Origin: Gemmatales bacterium
Lineage (GTDB): Bacteria > Planctomycetota > Planctomycetia > Gemmatales > HRBIN36
Assembly: GCA_041640595.1 (NCBI GenBank)
Contig: JBEPZY010000009.1
Coordinates: 1 to 64,000, forward strand
Reading direction: 5' to 3'
Length of the DNA: 64,000 nt
The notes below the pieces were generated by a model. The model saw only the letters and a list, made by a program, of their open reading frames with translations. It was not told the DNA's origin and did no database searches. Both the position numbers and the translations under genes were made by a program. Positions 50,451 through 61,477 of this stretch are shown one piece after another. The stretch's first letter is position 1; the number at the start of each line of letters is the position of its first letter.

Positions 50451-50701
50451 ATGCCAGGCCAAGAGACCGTGTAGGTCGCCACTGGTTTGAACCAAGCCGG
50501 AGCGCGAACGGCAGTTGAGGCGAAAACGATTCTGCTCGATTAAGATGGCCGGGAAGACGGTGATTCACTGTACGAGACTTGGCCCGCCTGGGAGATTTGC
50601 ATGCCTAGAAGGTGCCAAAAGACCCGAAGACGTGTGGAACGTTTCCCGGTTCAGAAGTTTTCGTCAGGTGGAAGAGTTTTCGCAACAGGTAAGGCGGTGC
50701 G

Positions 50702-52492
50702 TCAGAAGTCTATTTTCTCAGGTGGCTCGGGTTTAGTTTCCGGTTTGGCTTTGTCGGGAAGTGCGGTTGGAATCTGGATAAGGAGATCGTCGCCGCGAGG
50801 CTGGTCCTCACTGGTGCGGCCACCGTCATCCTGGCCATTGGGACCCACGCTGTACAGAACGTATCCGCGTTCCGTGCGACGATAAATCGGTAGCTGGCCG
50901 GAAAATATGTCCTTGGGAACCGCCGGGATGTACTTCGGCGACAGGTCTTCCAATTTAGTCGGATACTGCCCCATTTCTGCTCGATACATTTCCAGAGCCA
51001 GGGCGATTTGCACCAGGTAGCCGGTCTGCTCACATCTATCTAAGGAGAGCTGCATTCGCTCGAACGCACGACTCATTAAACTCAGGAGCATGTAAACATT
51101 TCGCTGGACAAGTTTCTCACCAGGTTTCAACAAGACTACAGGCACATCGCCCAGACTCAACGCCGTCGCCTTTTCCATAGCTTTTTGCAGCTGCCTGGAG
51201 AGAGACTCATAGGCCTGATTACGGCGATTGCGGTCCGGTTCGTTCGCGGCAAGGGCCAGGCTGTCGTAGTATTGGTTGACCATGACAAGCATCTTTTTCC
51301 AGGGCAGGATCCGCTGCATCAAACGATGCTCCAGGGCAGGTAATACCCCGGGTCGCCGTGGCTCGCTGAGGAAAAAGTAGCCATGGCGGTAAAAAAATTG
51401 CACTGCATCAAGGGCTATGACCCGCTCACCCTGATCCACTATTTCCGCCAGGGGTCTGCGTGACGGCAGGTTTTGCAGGTCGTGGTAATGGCTGCGTAAG
51501 GTCTTGATGTCAGGATGCGTGGCTTCCAGATAGTGAACAATCGACCGATACGCGAGGTCCTCCAGGGCGACAGAAACCAGTGTGCTAATGAGCATAGGGT
51601 CTTTACCTACAATTCGCGCCAGACGCAGGACGGTCAGTATATCCTGCCAGGCCTGCTCGGTTTGACCTCGGGCACAATGCCACATGCTACGGGCCAAATA
51701 CGCTTGAGCCGCTTCCCGCAGTAACGGAATCTCCTGCAAATTATTGACGACGGCGAGAATAAAAAAATGCTGGCCATTGGATTCAGGGTTCACTATGGGT
51801 CGAAACCACTGTGGGCGCTGCGTTGCCTCGGCAATGATTTGCAAGGGCCTCTGATTGGCTTGTAACCATTGCGCAATCAGCGGAAAATCTTGCTGTTTCC
51901 AGGGCCGCCGGCAAGCCTGGCGGAGATTCGCATAGTGTTGCTTCCACTCGCCGTCTTGCTGCGGCTGCACTTTTTCGCGGATAAATGCCCCATAGGACAC
52001 GAAATATTCACCCTGGTCGGGCAACGGCTTGATACCGAGTTGTCGGAAAAACTCGTCGGGCAGCCGATCCTTAGTACCTGGTCGCGGCCCGAAGGCCTGA
52101 ATGAGCCGAACATAAGCATTTTTGTCGGGTTGCACACCCTTACGGAAATGAGCGTTCCAGGCGGCGACGTAATTCACATAACCGTCTTTGTCCAGCGGCT
52201 CGGTAAAATACGTGGTCTCCCTGCTGATTGGCCAGCTCGGCCCGCGGATCGGTTTTTCTTGGCCGGGCTTTGCCTGGTCTGGCTTTTTGGGTTGGTCAGC
52301 GGCTTTTTCTGCGGCAGGTTTACCATCGTCGCTCGATTTCGGCTTCTCACCTGCCGTTGGGTCTGCCGAGATGCCGAACAGCCATCCCATGTACAGTAGC
52401 GAACAGGCCAGCACTGTAATCAGCTGCCAGCCTGCGAGTTTGCAGTCCAATGCGTTGGCGACTCGATCCCCGCTTGTCCTGGGCCGGTGCAT
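50702..52492 (-). CDS. Hypothetical exported protein with GspG-like C-terminal domain
   Basis: ISRETTYFTEPL...GYVNYVAA. C-terminal ALALEMYRAEMGQYPTKLEDL...DIFSG...LYSVGPNGQDDGG. Confidence 0.7.
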   Translation of the reverse strand: MHRPRTSGDRVANALDCKLAGWQLITVLACSLLYMGWLFGISADPTAGEKPKSSDDGKPAAEKAADQPKKPDQAKPGQEKPIRGPSWPISRETTYFTEPLDKDGYVNYVAAWNAHFRKGVQPDKNAYVRLIQAFGPRPGTKDRLPDEFFRQLGIKPLPDQGEYFVSYGAFIREKVQPQQDGEWKQHYANLRQACRRPWKQQDFPLIAQWLQANQRPLQIIAEATQRPQWFRPIVNPESNGQHFFILAVVNNLQEIPLLREAAQAYLARSMWHCARGQTEQAWQDILTVLRLARIVGKDPMLISTLVSVALEDLAYRSIVHYLEATHPDIKTLRSHYHDLQNLPSRRPLAEIVDQGERVIALDAVQFFYRHGYFFLSEPRRPGVLPALEHRLMQRILPWKKMLVMVNQYYDSLALAANEPDRNRRNQAYESLSRQLQKAMEKATALSLGDVPVVLLKPGEKLVQRNVYMLLSLMSRAFERMQLSLDRCEQTGYLVQIALALEMYRAEMGQYPTKLEDLSPKYIPAVPKDIFSGQLPIYRRTERGYVLYSVGPNGQDDGGRTSEDQPRGDDLLIQIPTALPDKAKPETKPEPPEKIDF

Positions 52493-52795
52493 GGCGAAAC
52501 CTCCACGGATTTTGCGAGGCCACGGTTTCTTGCGCAGGGTTTCTTTCAGGAGAACCGATTGGTTTGGCTGGTGGATTGTAAGCCGACTGCCATCCCCTGG
52601 TTAAATACGCCACGCTGCATGAGGCATTTTGTAAAAATAAGGGCGTTCAGTGGTCAACCTGCCATGACGACGGTGCACGTGGTGAAAGATTTCGACGCGG
52701 CGAGAATGTCGGCGTGGATTGATGTGCAAAAACGACCTTTTGGATGAGGCGGAGCGTCTAGGGCTTCGATGCAGTGAACGCGCCAGTTTAGATGC

Positions 52796-55087
52796 CTACA
52801 GGACGCTGAGCGGGTCTATATCGAGGGAAAGTTCGGCCGAGTCGGGCAGCGAGGTTTTTTCCAGGACCTGGCGTATCAAGCAGCTTCGCCAGGCGGGTTT
52901 GGGCGTGAGCACCAGGAGGTGGTATCGGTACAAGTTGCGCAAGCGATGTATCGGACAGGCAGCCGGGCCGAGTATCTGCGCGGCAACTGCGGGTTGACGT
53001 TGTTGCAGTTCTCGCAAAGCCTGGCGGAACCGTTCGGCCAGCAGTTGTGCCGCTTCTTGAGCGATTTGCTCTTGCGGACTGCGAACGACCAGCCGGGCCA
53101 GTCGGCCGAAAGGTGGATAACCCAGAGCCCGGCGATTCGACAATTCCTGCTCGGCAAAACGAGCGAAGTCGTGTGTTGCGGCCAGGCGAATGCAGGGATG
53201 GTCGGGGTTGTAGGTTTGGACAAGGACCCGGCCACCGCGTTCGCCACGACCGGTGCGACCGGCAACCTGTGCCAACAGCTGAAAGGTTCGTTCGGCAGCG
53301 CGGAAGTCGGGCAAATACAAAGCCGTATCGGCGTTCACCACACCGACCAGCGTCACGTTCGGAAAATCCAGGCCCTTGGCGATCATCTGCGTTCCGAACA
53401 GGATGCGAACCTCGCCACGACGGAATGCGTCCAGGACAGCGCCATATCGTGCTCCACGACGCATCACATCGCTATCCATTCGCCGAGCGGGGACGTCGGG
53501 AAAAAGTGTCGCCAGTTCTGCTTCCAGTTTCTGTGTACCCAGACCGTAATGGCGAATGGCAGGCAGGTCGCATTGCGGGCATCGGGCTGGGGGCGGTTGT
53601 TCATAGCCGCAATAATGACACACTGCCCGATCGGTATCCCGGTGATACGTCAGCGCCACGCTGCAAAAACGACATTGCACCACATAGCCGCACGCCGGGC
53701 AAAGGATATACGTGTCGAATCCGCGACGGTTCAGCAGCAGGATCACCTGGCCCCCTTCGCGCAAAGCAGTACGGATAGCCTCTTCCAGCTGGGGACTGAT
53801 GGCCCGAAAGCGACCGGGACGGGCATTCTCGTGCCGCATATCCACGATCTGCACTGGCGGTAACGGTCGGCCCTGAACCCGACTGGGCAGCGTGAGTAAC
53901 GTGTACCGCCCTTGCTGGACATTGTGCCAGCTTTCCAATGACGGCGTAGCCGAGCCCAGCACGACTGGGATGTTTTCGAGCTGTGCCCGTTTCACCGCCA
54001 CATCACGGGCGTGGTAACGCGGAGAAGTTTCCTGTTTGAAACTCGGCTCGTGTTCCTCATCCACGACGATCAGACCGAGCCGGCGCGTCGGTGCAAAAAT
54101 GGCGCTACGGGCACCAATGATCACATCAGCATCGCCGGCGGCAATCTGGCGCCAGAAGCCCGCCCGCTCGGGGTCGGCCAGATGACTGTGCAGGACGGCG
54201 ATACGCTGAAATCGGCTGCGAAACCGCTCGATGGTCTGCGGCGTCAGACTGATCTCCGGCACCAGCACAATCGCCTGACGTCCGGCAGCCACCACTTTCT
54301 CAATCGCCCGCAGATATACCTCGGTCTTGCCGCTACCAGTTACGCCGAACAGTAAAAACGCTTCAAACCGCCCGCTGCGGAGTGCCGTTTCGATAGCGGC
54401 CAGTGCAGCCGATTGCGCCGGGGTCAGTTCCACTGCCTGCCCGACCGGCTCGGCTTCCACCTGCGGCAGCACCGTGGGCAACCGTTGCCGCACAACACGT
54501 ACGTATCCTTTGCGGATCAGATTGCGAATCACGGTCGGGCTGGCACCGAGTTGACGCAGGCATTCCCGCATCTCGACCGGCTGGTGTGCCCGGACGAGCC
54601 ACTCGTACACAGTTCGTTGCCGGGGCGTTAGCACAGCACCGCCGCCGCTAGCCAGCGAGGGAGTAACTGCTTCCAGGAAAACCCGTTCCCGGGTGCCGGA
54701 ACGCAACCGTGCCGGTCGCGGGACCACCGATTGGAGAACCTCTCCCCACGGGCAGAAGTAATACTCACCGAGCCAGTGTGTCAGTCGTAGCAGGGCGGGA
54801 CTGAGCAACGGCTCGTCGTCGAGAATGCGGCGAATTGGTTTGGGTACAACCGGCGGCGGTTCGGAGGTCAGGCCAACACAATAACCTACCAGATTGCGGT
54901 TCCCCTTACCGAACGGTGCGACCACCCGTTTCCCCACCGAGATCTGCTGAGCGAGTTCATCCGGCACGGCGTAACGCCAGCTTTTACTTACTGGGCCAGG
55001 GAAAACCAGGTCTGCGAAAAGACTCCCACCCGTTCCCGACTCGTCAAAAAGTCCAACCTGTTCTGCCGGATGCCCGGAACTGGCCAT
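52796..55087 (-). CDS. priA: Primosomal protein N' (replication restart helicase)
   Basis: GVTGSGKTEVY, VPEISLTPQ, DEEHE, SATPSLES, CxxC zinc cluster, GTQMIAKGLDFP, QVAGRTGR. Confidence 0.97.
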   Translation of the reverse strand: MASSGHPAEQVGLFDESGTGGSLFADLVFPGPVSKSWRYAVPDELAQQISVGKRVVAPFGKGNRNLVGYCVGLTSEPPPVVPKPIRRILDDEPLLSPALLRLTHWLGEYYFCPWGEVLQSVVPRPARLRSGTRERVFLEAVTPSLASGGGAVLTPRQRTVYEWLVRAHQPVEMRECLRQLGASPTVIRNLIRKGYVRVVRQRLPTVLPQVEAEPVGQAVELTPAQSAALAAIETALRSGRFEAFLLFGVTGSGKTEVYLRAIEKVVAAGRQAIVLVPEISLTPQTIERFRSRFQRIAVLHSHLADPERAGFWRQIAAGDADVIIGARSAIFAPTRRLGLIVVDEEHEPSFKQETSPRYHARDVAVKRAQLENIPVVLGSATPSLESWHNVQQGRYTLLTLPSRVQGRPLPPVQIVDMRHENARPGRFRAISPQLEEAIRTALREGGQVILLLNRRGFDTYILCPACGYVVQCRFCSVALTYHRDTDRAVCHYCGYEQPPPARCPQCDLPAIRHYGLGTQKLEAELATLFPDVPARRMDSDVMRRGARYGAVLDAFRRGEVRILFGTQMIAKGLDFPNVTLVGVVNADTALYLPDFRAAERTFQLLAQVAGRTGRGERGGRVLVQTYNPDHPCIRLAATHDFARFAEQELSNRRALGYPPFGRLARLVVRSPQEQIAQEAAQLLAERFRQALRELQQRQPAVAAQILGPAACPIHRLRNLYRYHLLVLTPKPAWRSCLIRQVLEKTSLPDSAELSLDIDPLSVL

Positions 55088-55178
55088 GCCTGAAATTGTC
55101 CTTCCCGATTCGGTTCAGCCGACCAGATTAGCACGTGATTCAGGCCTCGCAGCAGCGAGGAACACCGCCTGGCAGCAG

Positions 55179-56363
55179 TTACTGACTGGCGGCAGCAGTC
55201 CATAGAGTGCTATGCTGGCGCAATTGCCGTACCGTAGCAACTACCCGCTCAATCACCCAGTCAATTTCGGCTTCGGTATTGAACCGACCCAGCCCGAACC
55301 GAACGCTGGCATCGGCCTGCTCATCGTCCAGACCGATGGCTTTGAGGACGTGGCTCGGTCCTAAGCGGGCCGTTGTGCATGCCGAACCGGTACTGACGGC
55401 AATATCTTTCATCGCCAGCAACAGGGCCTCGCCTTTGACACCCGCGAAGCTGACGTTCAGATTGTTGGGCAGGCGCTGCTGAGGATGGCCGTTGAGGCGC
55501 ACTCCTTCCAGCTGTTGTTGCAAACCCTGCCACAGACGATCGCGGAGTCGGCGAAGGTACTGCGATTCCTGCGGCATCAATTCCTGGCACAGTCGGCAGG
55601 CTTCGCCGAGACCGACGATGAGCGGCACGGGCAATGTCCCGGAGCGCAGCCCGGATTCCTGACCACCGCCATCAATTTGGGGTTCCAGGCGCACTCGTTT
55701 GCCCCGTTTGCGGACAAATAGCGCCCCGATTCCTTTCGGGCCGTAGATTTTGTGCCCGGACAAGCTCAGCAAATCCACCTGCAATTCGTCCACGTGAACC
55801 GGAATCTTCCCGACCGCCTGTGCGGCATCCGTGTGCAGAGGCACGTTGCGTTCCCGGCAAATGGCGCCGATCTCCGCCAGGGGCTGGATGGTGCCGATTT
55901 CGTTGTTCGCCAGCATGACGCTGACCAGAATCGTCTGCGGTCGAATCGCATCGGCCACCGCTTGCGGGTCCACCTGGCCGTACTCATCCACTGGCAACAC
56001 CGTTACCTCGTAACCATCGTGTGCCAGACGCTTGCAGGGATCGAGAACCGCCTTATGCTCCGTGGCTACGGTGATGATGTGATTCCCTTTGTGCCGGTAC
56101 ATGCGGGCGACACCTTTGATGGCCAGATTGTTGCTCTCGGTAGCGCCGCTGGTGAAGATGATTTCATTTTCGCTGGCGCCGATTAATTCCGCGACTTGCC
56201 GTCGCGCTTGCTCGACCGCTTCGTGGGCTTCCGTGCCGAACCAGTGATTGATGCTGGCGGCGTTGCCGTATTTCTCCGTAAAATAAGGAAGCATCGCCTC
56301 GACCACCCGCGGATCACAGCGAGTCGTCGCATGATTGTCCAGATAAATCGGCAGGCGCACCAT
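55179..56363 (-). CDS. iscS: Cysteine desulfurase (IscS/NifS type)
   Basis: [45 protein letters not shown]. Confidence 0.93.
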   Translation of the reverse strand: MVRLPIYLDNHATTRCDPRVVEAMLPYFTEKYGNAASINHWFGTEAHEAVEQARRQVAELIGASENEIIFTSGATESNNLAIKGVARMYRHKGNHIITVATEHKAVLDPCKRLAHDGYEVTVLPVDEYGQVDPQAVADAIRPQTILVSVMLANNEIGTIQPLAEIGAICRERNVPLHTDAAQAVGKIPVHVDELQVDLLSLSGHKIYGPKGIGALFVRKRGKRVRLEPQIDGGGQESGLRSGTLPVPLIVGLGEACRLCQELMPQESQYLRRLRDRLWQGLQQQLEGVRLNGHPQQRLPNNLNVSFAGVKGEALLLAMKDIAVSTGSACTTARLGPSHVLKAIGLDDEQADASVRFGLGRFNTEAEIDWVIERVVATVRQLRQHSTLWTAAASQ

Positions 56364-56519
56364 AGCGTGGCCCCTCAGCGGGCAATGGGCAACCCCTGGG
56401 GATTTCCCGACCCAACCGCGACCGCCCAGTCCCCGAACGAACCGGAAGCGGCTGCCCCTGGTGGCGGCGTGAGCGTGCCGGCAAAGGTCCGTCCGGTTCA
56501 AAAGTTCCATCGCAACCCG

Positions 56520-57311
56520 ATGCCTAAACACTGGCCCTGGGTTGCGGGAATGGTCGGGCTGATCGGGCTAATTGGTCTGCTACTTGTAGGCATTGTATGC
56601 CACGGCTGCCATTCACACGAGGAGGAATTGCGTTTGCGGGAGTTTCTTCCTTCGGCTTATGCTGCCGAACCGGTGCCGGCAACGGGTCAAATAACTGGCA
56701 TCGTTCGCTTCACGGGGACGATACCGCCGCCACGACGTGTGGAGACGAACGACGGCACCACCATCGAAATTGCTGACCTGCGTGTTGATCCGCAAACGAA
56801 AGGCCTCGCCGAAGTGCTGGTTTTCGTGGAAAATCCGCCACTTACCAAAAGCCCACCGCCGCGACAAGCCGCAGTGATTGACCAGGTCAACTGGCTATTC
56901 CGTCCGCGCGTGGTCGGCGTTGTGGCTGGTCAAGAGGTTCGTTTCGAGAACAACGATACCTGCAACCATTCGGTGCAGACGCAATCCAGTAATCCGACTA
57001 ACCAAATCAATGCTGCGGCTGGGCCGGGAGTGCCCATTATCCATCGGTTTGAAGCCCAGCGGGACCCGATTCCGGTAAGCTGCGCTTTGCATCCGTGGAT
57101 GCGGGCTTACCTGTTCGTTTCGCCTCATCCGTTTTTCGCGGTAACCGACGAGCGTGGCGAATTTGCTCTGCCCAAACTTCCGCCGGGTGAGTATCGCTTG
57201 CGCTGGCTGCATCCGATAAGCAGGCTGCAAACTCGTCGTGAGGTTACTGTAGCGGCCCAGACGACTGTGCGGTTGAACATCGTCTGGGATCGCCTGCCCG
57301 ATAGCCAGTAG
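56520..57311 (+). CDS. Exported cupredoxin-like / carboxypeptidase-regulatory-like domain protein
   Basis: N-terminal TM segment, [47 protein letters not shown]. Confidence 0.75.
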   Translation: MPKHWPWVAGMVGLIGLIGLLLVGIVCHGCHSHEEELRLREFLPSAYAAEPVPATGQITGIVRFTGTIPPPRRVETNDGTTIEIADLRVDPQTKGLAEVLVFVENPPLTKSPPPRQAAVIDQVNWLFRPRVVGVVAGQEVRFENNDTCNHSVQTQSSNPTNQINAAAGPGVPIIHRFEAQRDPIPVSCALHPWMRAYLFVSPHPFFAVTDERGEFALPKLPPGEYRLRWLHPISRLQTRREVTVAAQTTVRLNIVWDRLPDSQ

Positions 57312-57479
57312 CACCAGCGATTACCCCGACGGCTCCTGGACGCCCGACTGGTACGACGCGGATTTGTTGGGGGCTATATCGCTTATGGCCCGGAGCAGTA
57401 TCCAGGGCGCGTTTTTGCCATGTCCGTCTCATTGTAAGCACGGTGGCTTATACCACGCGGAGCAGTACCGGAGGCGTGT

Positions 57480-60400
57480 CTATGGCCCTTTGACGATCTG
57501 GGCTCGGGCCGGCGAACCAGGAACATTCTCCAGCAAGACACGCAAACCTTCATCTCCACGCAGGCGTTTGTTGATGAGGAACGTGAGCGTGTGCATCCCT
57601 GGCGAGACGGTGATGAGGGTTTCCGGAGCGACAGGCACTTCGCGGTCGTCGAGCCAGAGGGTCAGGCCAGTAGTCGAACTGAGGACCAGTTTGAGCTGGC
57701 CACCGGTGCCCACCTCCAGTTTCGTCTGCACAAGCGCCTCCGAAGCAGGACCGAGATCGCTCATCGGCAACTCACCCGAAACTTTGCTGTACACAGGCGA
57801 CCAGACAGCCGTCGGATCACGACTGAGCCGCGTGATCTCCGCACCGCTGAGGGAATTGCCGGTACGGTTGGGCGAAACTAGAACCCGCCAGGTACGGAAG
57901 ACGGCAATGTTCGGCGTGGCGAACGGGCCGGGCTTGCCGAGTTCGCTCACAAATCGGCACAGGTCGAGGAATTCCTGTCGTGTCATCTGGTCCACCAGAC
58001 CGGCGGGCATGATGGACGGGGCATCAGCCATTTCCTCAATTTCGGCAGTGGGAATCGTCAGGGTTTGCCGGGTCGCACCATCGCGGATGGTGACTTCCTT
58101 GGCGGTCTTGCCGGCCAGTACGCCGTGATAAATCTTGCCATCGCGCGTGGCAATAGTAACGCAGGCATACCCTTCGCGCACCGCCTTCTGCGGTAGCAGG
58201 ATCGATTCGACGATGTAATCCAGAGGCGAACTGGTACCGATACCTTCCAGGTCGGGGCCAACATGGGGCCCGGCCCCGGCAATGGCATGACAGGACTGGC
58301 AACCCAAATCCTTGCGACGAAAGACCAGCTCACCACGGAAGGGGTCGCCTTTGCTGCGGACTTCTTCGAGCAACTGTTTTATGTCAATTTTGGTCAGTTC
58401 TTTGCTCAGGTTGCTGCTACCGGCAGCACGGTTCAGCACTTCGTTCAGCGGAGCATGGGTTATCCCTGCGCTGTGAATGAAGCGAAGAGCGAGTTTGGCT
58501 GCGTCGGTGTGCAAAGCACGATTTTGCATTTCCCGGGCCAGCAAGTCGGGGCCACCCTTGCGTGTGAGCACGGCCTCCAGAGCGGGGGTCAGGTCAACCG
58601 TTTTGGGGTCTTGCGTGAGCAAATTCGCCAGGGCTACAGTAGCCCGCTGCAGGTCGGCACGCGCCAGGGTGGCAATAGCGGCCACGCGGAATTCGCTGGT
58701 CGGGCCAGTGCTTGCCAGCGGTTGCAGATATTCGACCGCGGTACGGTCCCCAAGCTGCAGGAGCGCTTCCCAGACGGCTTGCCGTACCAGCAACGGTAAT
58801 TGCTCCTGGCGAGCCAGCTGTTGCAGTGTGGGCAAAGCCGAGCGTTCCTGCCAGACCCCGACGAGTTTTGCCGCAGCCGCGGCGACTTGTGGGTGGGGCG
58901 ATTTGAGCAGCACCTCGATCCGGGTAGCCACCTCTCGCGGTTGTGCCCGGCGTAATTTCCAGGTCTCAGCCAGCACTTCCAGAATGCGTGCATGCAGATG
59001 GGGATCGTAATCCCGTCCTGCTTGCCGCAACAGTTGCACGAGCCGCTCGTATTCAAACACCTCGAAAAGCTCGTCCTGGTTACCCGAGCTGGCAATGAGC
59101 AGCAGAGTAGGTTCGAGGCGATCGGCAGGAATCTTCCCGGTTTTGAGCAAGGCCAGCAACGCACCGACGCTCTGGGCTTTGACTGCGGTGAGCACGGCCT
59201 GGATCCGCTGAGGCTTTCCATCGAAATTAAGCCGGCCCGCTTGAAATTCTGGCCACCAGTAATCGCGCAATGCCAGGGCGGTGTGGCGGAATGCGTAGTT
59301 CAGCGTGCGGTCCATTGGGAAATCGGCGGCACGGGCCACTAATTCCATGGCGCGAGCCTGCGGAATATAGCTCAACGCCACTACAGCCTCCATCCGCACC
59401 CGCGGGTGGGGATCGCTGACCAGCTCGCCGAGCCATTCCATAGCCTCCGACACCTGGATGTGCGATGCAGCTGGCGGGATGCCGGCAAGAGCATCGCTCA
59501 GCCAGTAGCGCAAAACGATGATCGCTGCGGCACGCGCTTCCGGTTTGCTTGAACGTAGCACGGAACGCAACAACTCCGGCTCGACTACATCTATCGTTTG
59601 GAATGCCCACAAAGCCTCCAGCCGATGATGTTCGTACTCCGGGTCCTGGCGATCCAGCCGGGCCACGAATCGCCGCAAGGCTTCCGCGATCTCGCTCTGC
59701 TTTTGCGGGTCGCTGGCACGATCGTAGAGAATTCGCCGCGCCATATCCCGGATGTAACCTTCCGGAGACTTCAATTGCTCCACCAGTTGTTCCACTGGCA
59801 GGTCATGCAGACGCGGACGGGGAAGCGGTTTCCGCCCTTTTTGGGTGATACGCCAGATGCGACCGTTGAGATGATCCCGGCGGGGGTCGCGGAATTCGTA
59901 CTGCATGTGGCCGATGATTTCCTGGAAGAAGTCCGCGATGTAGATCGCACCGTCGGGTCCCACTTTGACGTCCACCGGGCGGAAATATGGCTCGTTCGAG
60001 TTGATCAAGAGCGGTTGCAATTCCCGCGTAGCGAATCCGGCACCGTCGTCGCTGAACTCATAGAGATTGACGGTCTTGTTCTTAAACGCGTTGAGCACCA
60101 TCAGGCCGCGGTATTTTTCGCTGAAATGGCTGCTGTACAAAAACTCATTACCGCAGGCTTTCGGAGCCGGTGTACCGGGGGTGCGTTCCCGCGGCTTACT
60201 GGAAACGCAGCCGGGATTGAGATGCCAGATCCAACCCTGCGGCCCTTCGGTCAGAAAACACTGGCCCCACTTATCGAAAGCAAGGCCCCAGGGATTGGTC
60301 GCAGTGCCCACGTTGAAAAATCCCAACCGCAACTTTCGTGGTTGCAATTCAAACGTGCAACCGTCATCCATGCGCACTACGCCCCAGGGCGTTTCCACCT

Positions 60401-61103
60401 GCGTGTGCAAAAAGATACCCGAGAGCATGTGCAACCGACCATTGGGACTCCAGCGAAAGGCGCTGATGGCGTGGTGATTGTCTTCCGTGCCGAATCCGCT
60501 CAGCAAAATCCGCACTTCATCCGCACGCAGGTCGCCATCGGTGTCGCGCAGAAACAGTAAATCGGGCTGGTTGGCTACATACACCCCGCCGTCGCCGATG
60601 GCGATTCCCGTCGGCACATACAGCTTGTCGTAAAAAATCGTGCATTTGTCCGCGACGCCGTCTCCATCAGTGTCCTCAAGAACGCTGATGAAATCCATGT
60701 TCCTCTGCCCAGGCAACGCCTGCGGATACATTGGGGAATTGACGACCCACAGGCGATTATGGCTGTCCCAGGCCATGGCTACCGGATTAATCACCCACGG
60801 CGAGCTGGCAAAGAGATTCACCTCAAAGTCGGGATGCACAATGAAACCGCGACGCTGTGCGGCAGGATCGTGAACGCGATTGTGCGGGTAGAGCTTTTTC
60901 AGTTCGTCCCAAATCTTTTCCGGCGTAATGCCCGGGGTAACCGCTTGCGGCTGTGCTGGCCGGGCCGGGATCGCTACCCTCCTGCTATTAGCTTCGCCAG
61001 ACGGCGTGTTACCGGAACCAGGCCCAGGCGATCCCGGTTGCGCCATTCCCCAGGCGAAAACAATTCCCAGCACGATTGAGCTGAGCGTAGATTTCCACCA
61101 CAT
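57480..61103 (-). CDS. Second PVC-type membrane-bound dehydrogenase with CxxCH heme domain
   Basis: Signal peptide from MWWKSTL, propeller (GFGTEDNHH, GPDGAIYIAD), HEAT-like repeats, CQSCH, VGPDL, SIMPAGL. Confidence 0.88.
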   Translation of the reverse strand: MWWKSTLSSIVLGIVFAWGMAQPGSPGPGSGNTPSGEANSRRVAIPARPAQPQAVTPGITPEKIWDELKKLYPHNRVHDPAAQRRGFIVHPDFEVNLFASSPWVINPVAMAWDSHNRLWVVNSPMYPQALPGQRNMDFISVLEDTDGDGVADKCTIFYDKLYVPTGIAIGDGGVYVANQPDLLFLRDTDGDLRADEVRILLSGFGTEDNHHAISAFRWSPNGRLHMLSGIFLHTQVETPWGVVRMDDGCTFELQPRKLRLGFFNVGTATNPWGLAFDKWGQCFLTEGPQGWIWHLNPGCVSSKPRERTPGTPAPKACGNEFLYSSHFSEKYRGLMVLNAFKNKTVNLYEFSDDGAGFATRELQPLLINSNEPYFRPVDVKVGPDGAIYIADFFQEIIGHMQYEFRDPRRDHLNGRIWRITQKGRKPLPRPRLHDLPVEQLVEQLKSPEGYIRDMARRILYDRASDPQKQSEIAEALRRFVARLDRQDPEYEHHRLEALWAFQTIDVVEPELLRSVLRSSKPEARAAAIIVLRYWLSDALAGIPPAASHIQVSEAMEWLGELVSDPHPRVRMEAVVALSYIPQARAMELVARAADFPMDRTLNYAFRHTALALRDYWWPEFQAGRLNFDGKPQRIQAVLTAVKAQSVGALLALLKTGKIPADRLEPTLLLIASSGNQDELFEVFEYERLVQLLRQAGRDYDPHLHARILEVLAETWKLRRAQPREVATRIEVLLKSPHPQVAAAAAKLVGVWQERSALPTLQQLARQEQLPLLVRQAVWEALLQLGDRTAVEYLQPLASTGPTSEFRVAAIATLARADLQRATVALANLLTQDPKTVDLTPALEAVLTRKGGPDLLAREMQNRALHTDAAKLALRFIHSAGITHAPLNEVLNRAAGSSNLSKELTKIDIKQLLEEVRSKGDPFRGELVFRRKDLGCQSCHAIAGAGPHVGPDLEGIGTSSPLDYIVESILLPQKAVREGYACVTIATRDGKIYHGVLAGKTAKEVTIRDGATRQTLTIPTAEIEEMADAPSIMPAGLVDQMTRQEFLDLCRFVSELGKPGPFATPNIAVFRTWRVLVSPNRTGNSLSGAEITRLSRDPTAVWSPVYSKVSGELPMSDLGPASEALVQTKLEVGTGGQLKLVLSSTTGLTLWLDDREVPVAPETLITVSPGMHTLTFLINKRLRGDEGLRVLLENVPGSPARAQIVKGP

Positions 61104-61254
61104 CACCGCTACTCCTGTTTCAGTAGGCAGGTCTGTTCGGGCGGGCTGTATTCTGATTCTACACGCGCCTCCGGCGATTGACCGGAAGCATGCAAGTGGT
61201 ATCTTACAATTTACTGGAAAATCGAGAAAGTATTTGCTCCAAGGAGACTCGCCC

Positions 61255-61413
61255 ATGTCCATTGTCCGAGTCGGTCTTTCGGAACATCGCAAATACGCCG
61301 AGGGGTGGGAAGCCATTTTCGGCAAAAAGAAGGCGTCGAAGAATTCCTCCCGCAACGCCAGCGCTGCGAGCAAGAAAACCAAAAAGTCCGGCAGCAAGAA
61401 AGCGAAAAAATAG
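61255..61413 (+). CDS. Small Lys-rich basic protein (52 aa)
   Basis: AAGGAG RBS at ~61241, then MSIVRVGLSEHRKYAEGWEAIFGKKKASK...KKAKK. Confidence 0.75.
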   Translation: MSIVRVGLSEHRKYAEGWEAIFGKKKASKNSSRNASAASKKTKKSGSKKAKK

Positions 61414-61477
61414 CCTCGCAAAGCCGTTATCTGGCGGCATCACTCACGCCAGCGACTGACCCGGATTGCCACGGGCA

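Noticed and set aside
61104..61421. N-terminal extension of the 1313-aa ORF call
   Set aside because: It overlaps the small basic gene on the opposite strand. A signal peptide begins at the ATG at 61103.
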